Shown: positions 9,981-18,068 of the stretch, in pieces
Numbering within the stretch: position 1 is the first letter of the stretch
Layout: each line of letters starts with the position of its first letter
Position numbers and translations under genes: made by a program
Notes under the pieces: generated by a model
What the model saw: the letters and a program-made list of their open reading frames with translations, nothing else
Told to the model about the DNA's origin: nothing
Database searches by the model: none
Assembly: GCA_041694815.1 (NCBI GenBank)
Contig: JBGFSC010000022.1
Coordinates: 1-36,971, forward strand
Origin: Elusimicrobiota bacterium
GTDB taxonomy: Bacteria; Elusimicrobiota; Elusimicrobia; UBA1565; JACRDR01
Length of the DNA stretch: 36,971 nt
Reading direction: 5' to 3'

Positions 9981-10416
9981 CGGGAAAGTGTCTCTCCATA
10001 AATTTTCCGGGGTCTTTGAGGTGAGACCAGCCGGTCTTACCATAGAGTCCGTGGGCATCGCGAGTCGCCAATACCCATCGTCGGAGTCCCTGCAATCCGG
10101 GATGGCTAGTCACGCATTCGCTCAGCCATTTACCCAAGCCTTGTCCACGCTCCTCTCTTTTTACGATGACATCGCATAGATAGGCGAACGTGGCGGTGTC
10201 GGTGACAAGACGCGCGAAGCCGATTTGATCGCCATCATCCCGATATAGTCCGAAGACGATGGAGTTGGCGATAGCCTTCTCAACGACAGAGCGCGGAATC
10301 CCGGACGACCAATAGCTTTGGCTGAGTTCGCGGTGAACGAAGTCCAGGTCAAGGCGGCTCGCATCGGTGGAGATTTCATAGCCGGGGCGCCACCATACAT
10401 GCGTTTTGAGACGCAT
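9961..10416 (-). CDS. GNAT family N-acetyltransferase
   Basis: YEISTD..RLDLDFVH, QIGFARLVTD, YLCDVIV..EERGQGLGKWL, LATRDAHGLY. ORF is open from 10488; start uncertain. Confidence 0.88.
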   Translation of the reverse strand: MRLKTHVWWRPGYEISTDASRLDLDFVHRELSQSYWSSGIPRSVVEKAIANSIVFGLYRDDGDQIGFARLVTDTATFAYLCDVIVKREERGQGLGKWLSECVTSHPGLQGLRRWVLATRDAHGLYGKTGWSHLKDPGKFMERHFPDAYKSA

Positions 10417-10486
10417 CGATGATGCGACTGCCTTCACGGCGCGATTATACCTATTACAATCGGAAATATGATAGAAACTGGTTTCC

Positions 10487-11047
10487 ATGAAAAATCTCTA
10501 CGAGTTGCCAAAAAACCTGCCGGTCCCGACGGACGATGGAGCCTGCGATCATCTCTCCGGCGCGGCGATGCCATCCATAACTCTATCTTCGACCAGCGGC
10601 CGCCTGGTCGATCTGGAAAAAGCGACCAGGCCGCCGTGCGTACTCTTTTTTTATCCTCGCACCGGCGATCCCCAATCTCCGACCTCGGCGGACTGGGACA
10701 GGATTCCCGGCGCCCGAGGCTGCACGCCGCAAAACTGCGGTTTTCGAGATCACCATTCCGAGTTCCGACGGCTCGGTATCTCCGTTTATGGGATCAGCAG
10801 CCAGACAACGGAGTACCAACGGGAGTTCGTTGAGCGGAATAAGATTCCCTATGAACTCTTAAGCGATTCCGGATTCGCCTTAACGAAGGCGCTTAAACTG
10901 CCAACTTTCGACTACAACGGCTTGCGCCTTATCAGACGGCTGGCGCTATTCTTGGAGAATTCTACAATCCAAAAAGTCTTCTACCCGGTTTTCCCGCCTG
11001 ACAAAAACGCCGAGCAAGTTCTCGAATGGGCAGCTAGGGGCAGATAG
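10487..11047 (+). CDS. Peroxiredoxin (BCP/redoxin-like)
   Basis: LP.P.DDGACDHL N-terminus, FFYPRTG, PGARGCTPQNC, KVFYPVFPPDKNA. Confidence 0.9.
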   Translation: MKNLYELPKNLPVPTDDGACDHLSGAAMPSITLSSTSGRLVDLEKATRPPCVLFFYPRTGDPQSPTSADWDRIPGARGCTPQNCGFRDHHSEFRRLGISVYGISSQTTEYQREFVERNKIPYELLSDSGFALTKALKLPTFDYNGLRLIRRLALFLENSTIQKVFYPVFPPDKNAEQVLEWAARGR

Positions 11048-11107
11048 CGAGAAAAATAAAACGCCTTCTTGCCCCTCCGGGCGATTAAAGACTAACCGGG
11101 CTTTGAT

Positions 11108-11442
11108 ATGAGATTGCTAATGCTGGGCGGTACCGTTTTCTTGGGCCGGCATATCGTAGAGGCCGCCGCGAGGCCGGTCATCAGATCACGCTCTTCAATC
11201 GAAACAAGAGCGGCCCAGGATTATTTCCGGACCTAAAGCATATTGTTGGGGATAGAGAAAGCGGGCTCGAAGCGCTCCACGGCCATCGCTGGGACGCTGC
11301 CGAGTTTACCTGGGTCGATGATGCTTTTCTGACGAAGGAAAAAGTCGCGCCGTACACGGAGCGAGAAAGGGACTTGCTGGAATTATGGAAACGTCGAAGG
11401 CAGACCCGGCCTTTGGGCTCAAGGCCGTCGACGAGGAAGTGA
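11108..11442 (+). pseudogene. Degraded NAD-dependent epimerase/extended SDR gene
   Basis: MRLLMLGGTVFLGRHIVEAA, frameshift near 11170, then AGHQITLFNR...GDR...HRWDA fused to AEFTWVDDAFL..VAPYTE and RERDLLELW. Far shorter than an intact enzyme. Confidence 0.75.
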
Positions 11443-11630
11443 TGTAGGAGTAAGACCTAGCTATTTGGCTTTTTTACAGTCGGCCTGCGGAGGTGCAGTT
11501 TTGGGAATCCTCATCGCACACCGCGCAGCAATAACGGGGTTTTTCCAAAACCCCCTCTGGGCGGAATCGTCTTTCCGATTTCTCATCGGAAGGGCTGTAC
11601 AACGACACGCTAAATTCTGGGTCCTCACAA

Positions 11631-12680
11631 TTAACCGAGCATCCAGTGCCGGCAGTCCCGAAGAATTTTCTCGAGGCGGTCTTTCAGGCGTGGCTCGAAC
11701 TCCGACTCAGAGATTTCTCCTTTAAAGTGGATCTCCAAAGAAGAATCTTCTAATCGCAGCCACGCGAAGGTCAGGTGCAATCCTCTTTCCAATGAGCGGA
11801 CCCATTCCTCGAAGCCTAATCGAATCCACCGATTGAGCGTCTCGCGCGCCTCCTCTGTCGGCGACCCGTAGAGCTTAAACGCACCCAGCGCTATCGCATC
11901 CGTGAGCACAAGCCCGGACCACCAGTCTCCAAGGTCGCGCCTGAGCCAGGAGTCATCCGTTTCGCGCAGGGCAAGCTTCGCCGTCGCCGGGACCGGCAAT
12001 CTAAAGCGAAAAGTCGTCTGAGGAGGCGTAGTCTTGCCGTGCTCGCCGGTAATTTCGTCCTGCATCGTGATCGATACGGGAAGCCCGTCCGTCTCCCGCT
12101 CGAGCCTCGATGAACCCGCAAGGCGCCAACCGCTGTCCGGCTCCAAAAGGCTCGCGATACGAGCGCGGCGTCCCTTCCGTTCGCCGAGAGCGAGGACGCC
12201 CAGCATCACAAGCACCCCGGCGCAGCACGCGCCCACAAAAGGCATCAGAGGCCAGTCGCGGCCCAAAAAGCGCGCCGCGTCGCGCTCAAAATTCAATTGA
12301 GCAAGCTCCAAGAATAAAATGCACAGCAGCAGACCGCCAAAGGCGGCCAGCCTCCACGCTATTTGACGATCGCGAGGGGCAACCCCTACAGGCCTCGCCA
12401 AACGCGAGATTATCTCCAACAGGCCGGGGCGCCGTCGAATGATTTGCCGCGTTACGGCGATCTTAAGGTCCTTAACATCATGGGGGCAACCCTTGGAGCA
12501 CAGGACCCGCCCGCTACCATCGATCTGCAACGCCTCGAGGCGCACTTCGCCCCCGCAGGACATCCGCAGATTTATATTTTCCATTCCCATCCGGTTATCG
12601 AGCACGTGACCACCATCATCACCGCTTTCATTCATCCTCATCTTAGAAGTGAGCATAACCCTCGCACCGTCAAATTTCAA
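11631..12680 (-). CDS. Hypothetical membrane protein (two TM segments)
   Basis: 349-aa ORF with two hydrophobic segments; no recognisable motif; start uncertain. Confidence 0.5.
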   Translation of the reverse strand: MKFDGARVMLTSKMRMNESGDDGGHVLDNRMGMENINLRMSCGGEVRLEALQIDGSGRVLCSKGCPHDVKDLKIAVTRQIIRRRPGLLEIISRLARPVGVAPRDRQIAWRLAAFGGLLLCILFLELAQLNFERDAARFLGRDWPLMPFVGACCAGVLVMLGVLALGERKGRRARIASLLEPDSGWRLAGSSRLERETDGLPVSITMQDEITGEHGKTTPPQTTFRFRLPVPATAKLALRETDDSWLRRDLGDWWSGLVLTDAIALGAFKLYGSPTEEARETLNRWIRLGFEEWVRSLERGLHLTFAWLRLEDSSLEIHFKGEISESEFEPRLKDRLEKILRDCRHWMLG

Positions 12681-12754
12681 TACTGCCAGTAAGATTCTCT
12701 AAGCTTACAGCATGCGCGCGATCAAAGGCTGCGACTCTTCTAGGAACTGATCGA

Positions 12755-12871
12755 GAAGACCGGCACATCCTTGACCCGTTTGCCGATTGAAACCTGCCAG
12801 GCCGCTCGATTCTTGGCGAGCAAAAACTTGTTGAAAAAATTCTGGACCGACTTGAACGGCTCCTTCTTGAG
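12755..12871 (-). pseudogene. Second abiEii C-terminal relic
   Basis: LKKEPFKSVQNFFNKFLLAKNRAAWQVSIGKRVKDVPVF matches the intact AbiEii C-terminus at 32 of 39 residues. Confidence 0.85.
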
Positions 12872-12997
12872 CATTGCCCTTTGCGAATATTCTAAACTAT
12901 ATTCCCCTATCGTGTCTGGGCTGTCGTGATGGATTCGACTCGAACAGCGATTCGCCAAAGGGCCAATCGAATGGCCAAAATGAGTTAAGGAGCCATT

Positions 12998-13267
12998 ATG
13001 CCGACAAGCGTCAAAAACAAGCCGTTAGTGTATGCCGAAGTTCTCGAGGAAATTAAAAAATATAAGGGACCGCTCGGCCTTATTACAGGCTGCCTTCTCA
13101 AAGGTCTTCACCAATCAGGCGCCTCCCAAGGGCAGATCGACGCCTATCTCGAGCCGCTGAAGGCCCAATTTCCCAAGTTGACTAACGAGGATTGTCGAGT
13201 ATTGGCGGATGTCATTTACGATCTATTGACCAAGGAAAAGCAGGCCACGAAAGGAAAGTGGTATTAA
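12998..13267 (+). CDS. Hypothetical protein (89 aa)
   Basis: ATG preceded by a TAAGGAG ribosome-binding site; plausible helical composition. Confidence 0.6.
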   Translation: MPTSVKNKPLVYAEVLEEIKKYKGPLGLITGCLLKGLHQSGASQGQIDAYLEPLKAQFPKLTNEDCRVLADVIYDLLTKEKQATKGKWY

Positions 13268-13467
13268 AGAACGCTCAGGCCGTGATGTAGAAGCTGATTA
13301 AGAATAAAACGCCAAATATCCAAACCTGACGATCGTTAATTTAGAAAGATAAAAGAATCACGCTCGCCTTTCCAGCGATCGCCTACCTGCGAGCTTCCAA
13401 ATCCGGATGGCTTACCTCGGGAATGGGATGTCCTGGACACCAATGCCCTCAAAAACGCAAAGTTACT

Positions 13468-13495
13468 TTTGATGACAAGCATTATGTCATATAAT
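13468..13495 (+). promoter_or_regulatory. Putative promoter/operator of the histone gene
   Basis: TATAAT at 13490-13495 abutting the palindrome ATGACA-N7-TGTCAT (13472-13490); -35 element weak. Confidence 0.4.
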
Positions 13496-13534
13496 AAAGT
13501 GAACGCTAGTTAAGCAAGCATAGAAGGAGGGTCC

Positions 13535-13735
13535 GTGGCTAAGAAAGAAAAGGGCGAACTTTTGGTCGTCGTCAGCAAGGTGAAGGCAGCGCTCAAGAAG
13601 TCAGGCTGCAACAGCGCCTCGGATGCGACGGATGGCCTCAATACTTGGATTCATTGGCTGATTGATCAGGCCGCCAGGCGCGCAAAGGCTAATGGACGCA
13701 AAACCGTCCGAGCCCACGATTTTTGCGCTAATTAG
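13535..13735 (+). CDS. Bacterial histone-fold protein (Bdellovibrio Bd0055/HBb-like)
   Basis: 66 aa: LLVVVSKVKAALKKSGCNSASDATDGL...ARRAKANGRKTVRAHD, with the RKTVxxxD histone L2-loop motif and LVV.SKVK N-terminus; AGGAGG ribosome-binding site. Confidence 0.85.
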   Translation: MAKKEKGELLVVVSKVKAALKKSGCNSASDATDGLNTWIHWLIDQAARRAKANGRKTVRAHDFCAN

Positions 13736-13856
13736 CTATCGACAGCTCTCGAGTAGAGCGGCTTTTGGGTTATCTCGACAAAAAATCTAGGATAATTCAT
13801 TAGCGTCGAATTGGGCCAGAAAAAAAGTAAAAAGAATATAAGCAGTTTTTTATATC

Positions 13857-13896
13857 CGGTTGGGTGGCAGAGCGGTCAAATGCACTGGTCTGTAAA
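13857..13896 (+). repeat. 40-bp direct repeat equal to the 5' half of tRNA-Tyr (att-like site)
   Basis: cggttgggtggcagagcggtcaaatgcactggtctgtaaa is identical to 16652-16691; identity ends in the anticodon loop. Confidence 0.95.
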
Positions 13897-14294
13897 TATC
13901 GCCGGAGACCCTTCCATCGTCCTCGTCGAAGACCCCGAAAAATCCCACTCCTCCGACGATAAATAGCCGAAATACCGTTTGCGGCGCTTTGCGACCGTTG
14001 GGCCCGTTTTGTTTGCTATTTGGACACCCAGATGGACACTGGAATATGCTGCCGACGCCCCGTTCCCCTGTCTTTCAGAAGACGGCGCTTCGTGATCTCT
14101 TCCTATCACAGCGTAGACGATGTCTACACCCACTTACGCGGGCGAAAATAGGACCTTCGGGCAATTTTCCTGGGTCTAAAGCCTAAAGAGATCTTTCCCT
14201 TTCGGCTCAAGTGTCTTTTCCTTGGCTGTGGTACACTCCGGTCGTAGGAGATGAGAGAAATTTTCAACACTCTCATTCTAACGGAGGAAGGGCA

Positions 14295-14729
14295 ATGCGA
14301 AAGCTGATGCTCGTAGCGATGCTGGCCCTCGTGCCGGCAATATTGTTTGCCGAATCGGACCAACCGGCCGCGGAACCGCAGTCCATGGTGTTTCCTTATG
14401 AAATCGCCACGCTGCTTTCGAGCACGCAATACGTCGACGCCCTTAATGCGGCAAGGGCGAAGGCGCCGGAATGGATACGACTGAAGGTTTATTCCGCGAA
14501 CGTCGTACGTATTGGCTCCAAGAAGTATGCCTATATCGGCTTACGCGCGGAAAACGTTTCCATGTGGCCGTCGACCTATTACAAGTTCGGCTCCATCGTA
14601 GGTGAGATCCAAGGGGGAGTAGTTTCGGATGGTGATCAGGGAAAGGTTATCGCAGCTTACTTCAAACCCACTGAGGGGCTTCCTAAGAGCCTTCCCGGCC
14701 CATGGCGGTTCCTGAGCGGTAAGGAATGA
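14295..14729 (+). CDS. Secreted hypothetical protein
   Basis: GGAGG ribosome-binding site; signal peptide MRKLMLVAMLALVPAILFA. Confidence 0.75.
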   Translation: MRKLMLVAMLALVPAILFAESDQPAAEPQSMVFPYEIATLLSSTQYVDALNAARAKAPEWIRLKVYSANVVRIGSKKYAYIGLRAENVSMWPSTYYKFGSIVGEIQGGVVSDGDQGKVIAAYFKPTEGLPKSLPGPWRFLSGKE

Positions 14730-14920
14730 ACCGGCGGATTATTGCCTTTAGCTTGGTATCCGGGACCGCCTTGGGACTCGAGAAGGAATTCTAGGAGGAG
14801 CCGTCCTCCGTCTCCGATCGGGCTGACGCCGCCTGACCGAGTGGCCCCGGGGCCAAAATCCGGAACGAGAGCGCATCAGCCCGCATACTGGGGAACCCGG
14901 TTCGCACCCCTGAACACAAC

Positions 14921-15748
14921 CTAGAAGATTTTTTGAATCATCGGCGCAAGTTCACTTACTACTGCGTCAAATGCGGGCACGTCCTTAATCTGTTTGTCGA
15001 TCGAAGCCTGCCAAGCCGCTCGATTCTTGGCAAGCAGAAACTTATTGAAAAAGTCCTGTGTCGACTTGAACGGCTCCTTCTTGAGCCGACACTTGGCCTC
15101 GAAGGCCTCCCGGACCTGATTCTTATCGCATTTGCGCTTCTTGAGCACCCACCAAAGATCGTAGAAGTCTCTTGGCCGCGGAACTCTTTTGCGCTGCTGA
15201 AGAATGGCCCGCAGCTTTTCGGCCAGGATTTCCTCCAGGCTGTAGCACCAGGCCTTGGCGCCACGAAGATGATCGCTATAGCGATGGAGAATGAACCGGT
15301 CCTGCGGCTCGAGCACGACGTCCTCGTAATAAGTTAGATCCAGTTGGATGCGGGGCAGCATGGTCTTGGGATTGCTGGGGCCGCGGTATTCGATCTTGGC
15401 GACGAAGGCCTCTTCCCCCTCCACCGACCTGGATTTATGGAACTCGGCCAGTCTATAGTCCACGCCGGACATGTGGGAAGCGTTCCGGCAGGCATTCTCG
15501 ATAAGCGGCTTAAGCTCTTCGGCCGGCAGTCTCTTGCGACAGGTGTAATCTAAGTCCTGCGAGAACCGGAACTCGTCGAAGTAGCACTTCTTGAGCGCGG
15601 TTCCCCCTTTGAAAACGATCCCGTGGTAGAGCTTGCGCTCCCTGGAGATGCCGTAAAGCATCCAGCCGAGACAATAGTCCCGCTCCAGGACCCCATAATG
15701 GATGCCGGAATGCCCCGCCGCCCTTTTAAGCTCAGCGGCGCTGATCAA
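14921..15748 (-). CDS. abiEii: AbiEii family nucleotidyltransferase toxin (type IV TA)
   Basis: LERDY, VFKGGTALKKCYF...RFSQDLDY, LEEILAEKLRA, RPRDFYDLW. Confidence 0.92.
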   Translation of the reverse strand: MISAAELKRAAGHSGIHYGVLERDYCLGWMLYGISRERKLYHGIVFKGGTALKKCYFDEFRFSQDLDYTCRKRLPAEELKPLIENACRNASHMSGVDYRLAEFHKSRSVEGEEAFVAKIEYRGPSNPKTMLPRIQLDLTYYEDVVLEPQDRFILHRYSDHLRGAKAWCYSLEEILAEKLRAILQQRKRVPRPRDFYDLWWVLKKRKCDKNQVREAFEAKCRLKKEPFKSTQDFFNKFLLAKNRAAWQASIDKQIKDVPAFDAVVSELAPMIQKIF

Positions 15749-16544
15749 GATAGCCTTCCAGGTTGTAGTTGAGCTGCAGGTTCCACTCCGAGATTTGCGG
15801 GCCGGAATCGCCGCCTCCCACGTCCAAACGGCTGATCCCCTTGCTGATCTTATGCCGCCAATGGTTCAGCCGCTCCCGGGGCCAGCCAAGCCATTCCCCC
15901 AGAACTCCAAGGCGCTTAAATAGCACCCCACGGTCCATCTTTCGGGCGTAGCTTTCCAGCTTTTCCAAGTCCACCTTGTTCTTGGCTTCCATGAAAGCCT
16001 TGCTGACTTCCGTGAACCCGCCGCAATGTTGTGGCCATAAAACCGCATCCAAAAGGGTCCTTTCTAAGTCCGTGATCCATATCTTTTCCTGGCCGACCCA
16101 GGTGAAGGTAGCGCCGAAAAATAGCTCCTTCGGCACGGTCAGGATGCGGTAGGAAACCCCCGCCATGGAGCCCTGGTAGCGATGCTTCATTCGGGGGCTG
16201 ATGACATAAACCCGGTCCGGGATTTGCTCGGTCAGGCCGTGGTGGCTTAAGGCCGACCACAGCCCGATCATGTAGGGCGAAACCAGCCTGGAAGCGATCA
16301 CGAACTCATGCTCGGTAAACTCTCCGGTGGGCCCGGCCTCGAAGGGCAGGATCATGTACTTGCCGCGCTCGAGCCGGGCGATCCAGCGGCGCTTGGCCAG
16401 GCGGGAGAGGAAGTTATTTAGTCCCCCGCGGCCGCCGCTCCAGTAGCGGGCGGCGTCCTTATGGGTGAAAAAAGCCTTTCCCGTGCCTGCCAACTGCCTA
16501 AGGAAGAGCCCGCCAGTAGCACCAAGACTGTAGTTATTATTCAT
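15732..16544 (-). CDS. abiEi: AbiEi family antitoxin/transcriptional regulator
   Basis: wHTH (LSRLAKRRWIARLERGKY), SALSHHGLTEQIP, TDLERTLLD, KRLG; overlaps the abiEii start. Confidence 0.92.
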   Translation of the reverse strand: MNNNYSLGATGGLFLRQLAGTGKAFFTHKDAARYWSGGRGGLNNFLSRLAKRRWIARLERGKYMILPFEAGPTGEFTEHEFVIASRLVSPYMIGLWSALSHHGLTEQIPDRVYVISPRMKHRYQGSMAGVSYRILTVPKELFFGATFTWVGQEKIWITDLERTLLDAVLWPQHCGGFTEVSKAFMEAKNKVDLEKLESYARKMDRGVLFKRLGVLGEWLGWPRERLNHWRHKISKGISRLDVGGGDSGPQISEWNLQLNYNLEGYLDQRR

Positions 16545-16545
16545 A

Positions 16546-16599
16546 ACGATAATAATCGTACTTGATTATTATCGTATAATATTATATTTTAAATGTCAA
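16546..16599 (-). promoter_or_regulatory. abiE promoter with inverted-repeat operator
   Basis: TTGACA (16599-16594), 17-nt spacer, TACGAT (16576-16571); perfect 12-bp inverted repeat ACGATAATAATC-N6-GATTATTATCGT (16546-16575) overlapping the -10. Confidence 0.75.
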
Positions 16600-16652
16600 T
16601 GCTTAAGCATGTCCCATGATTTGCTAAAATAAACATGGTAGGACTCCCTTAC

Positions 16653-16739
16653 GGTTGGGTGGCAGAGCGGTCAAATGCACTGGTCTGTAAAACCAGCGGG
16701 CTTCGCCCTACAGAGGTTCGAATCCTCTCCCAACCACCA
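16653..16739 (+). tRNA. tRNA-Tyr (GTA)
   Basis: Acceptor stem GGTTGGG/CCCAACC, anticodon arm CTGGT-CTGTAAA-ACCAG, long variable arm, GTTCGAATC T-loop, encoded CCA. Confidence 0.97.
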
Positions 16740-16741
16740 CT

Positions 16742-17965
16742 TTAAAACAGCGGTTTCTTGAGGATGTCGACGAGCGCCGCCAGGGTGAACAGGCCCTGAG
16801 CGCTGGGCTGCGGGATGCGCTGCATCGCGCGCAGCATCGACTGCCAGCGGGCGCTGGCCGCCTGGAATTCCGCCTTCGACTGGGCCAACCTCTCCCTCCA
16901 CTGCAGCCGCACCTCCGCGGACCAGGCGTCCTTCTGGCGGCGGTATTCCGCCCGCGCCTGCTGGTAGCGCAGCATCGCCTGCTCCAGGCGCTCGCGCCCG
17001 GCCTGCATGCGCGGCCGCAGCCTGGCCCACATGCGCTCCGTGACCGCCGCGGCGGCCAAGCGCCGCTCGACGGCGAGCAGCTCCACCTGCAACCGGGCCT
17101 TGAGTATCTCGTTGTCGGGCACGCGGCGGAGCTTGGTCACGAACCCCGTCCAATGCATCAGGTTGATCCACCACTTGGTGGCGTCGAATTGATACCAACG
17201 GAGCCCGTTGCGGTAGTCCGCCTGGAATCTATGGTGGAAATTGTGATAGCCCTCGCCGAAGGTCAGCGGCCCCAGCCACCAATTGTCGCGGGCGGTGTCC
17301 TGGAGCGAATAAGGGCGGCTCCCCCATAGATGGGCGAGAGAGTTGATGAACCAGGTCATGTGATGGACGATCACCGTGCGCAGGATGCCTCCCCACAGCA
17401 GCCCGCCCAAGGCGCGCCCCTCCAGGGCCCCGATCGCCGCAGGCAAGCCCAGCCCGAAGAGCAAAAACAACGGGAGGTAATAGCGGTGCTGGAACATGAC
17501 GAGCGGGTCCTTGAGAAGATCCGGAACGTTTCGAAACCGTTCTTCATTCGGACGGGTGTCCTTGTAGAAGATCCAGCCGATATGGGCGTAGAAGGCGCCC
17601 TTGAGGATGTTGTAGGGATCCTCATCGGTGTCGACATAGCGGTGATGGTAGCGGTGGTCGGAAGCCCAATTGAGAACCGAGTTCTGCGCCGCCGCGGCGC
17701 CGAAGAATAGATAAAGCAGCTGCAGGGGCTTGGAGCATTCGTAGGTCCGATGGGCGTAGAAGCGATGGTAGCCGCCGGTGATCGACAGGCCGGTCAACCA
17801 ATACATCGCCGCTAGCAGGCCCACGTCGATCCAGTGGATCCCGTAATGCCAGGCGTAAAGGGCGGTGCCGGCGATGCCGATTACGGGGGAAAGGGTGAGA
17901 AAAACGGCGTTGACGGCATCGATCTGCTGGTCTTGCTTCGAAAGAGCTGAAGCGGCCTGAGCCAT
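16742..17965 (-). CDS. Acyl-CoA/fatty acid delta-9-type desaturase
   Basis: His boxes HRFYAH, HRYHH, GEGYHNFHH; NSLAH; helical C-terminal extension. Confidence 0.93.
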   Translation of the reverse strand: MAQAASALSKQDQQIDAVNAVFLTLSPVIGIAGTALYAWHYGIHWIDVGLLAAMYWLTGLSITGGYHRFYAHRTYECSKPLQLLYLFFGAAAAQNSVLNWASDHRYHHRYVDTDEDPYNILKGAFYAHIGWIFYKDTRPNEERFRNVPDLLKDPLVMFQHRYYLPLFLLFGLGLPAAIGALEGRALGGLLWGGILRTVIVHHMTWFINSLAHLWGSRPYSLQDTARDNWWLGPLTFGEGYHNFHHRFQADYRNGLRWYQFDATKWWINLMHWTGFVTKLRRVPDNEILKARLQVELLAVERRLAAAAVTERMWARLRPRMQAGRERLEQAMLRYQQARAEYRRQKDAWSAEVRLQWRERLAQSKAEFQAASARWQSMLRAMQRIPQPSAQGLFTLAALVDILKKPLF

Positions 17966-18068
17966 GCGTCCTCCCGGCTGTGACGCCGATGTGACCTCCG
18001 CTCAGTATGCCCGTTTTCTCGTCGGGCGTCAATGCTTGCGGGCCGGAAAAAAGCTAGAATGGCGGTCG

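Larger units (their letters stand above)
13857..16691. mobile_element. Small integrase-less genomic islet at tRNA-Tyr carrying AbiE
   Basis: Bounded by the 40-bp tRNA direct repeats; contains a secreted-protein gene and abiEi/abiEii. Confidence 0.65.

Noticed and set aside
13857..13896. Second tRNA-Tyr gene, or a split/intron-containing tRNA
   Set aside because: No 3' half follows, and the downstream copy is already complete.
13897..13966. Short frame IAGDPSIVLVEDPEKSHSSDDK* faintly like a BrnT fragment
   Set aside because: Too short and weak to support without a search.
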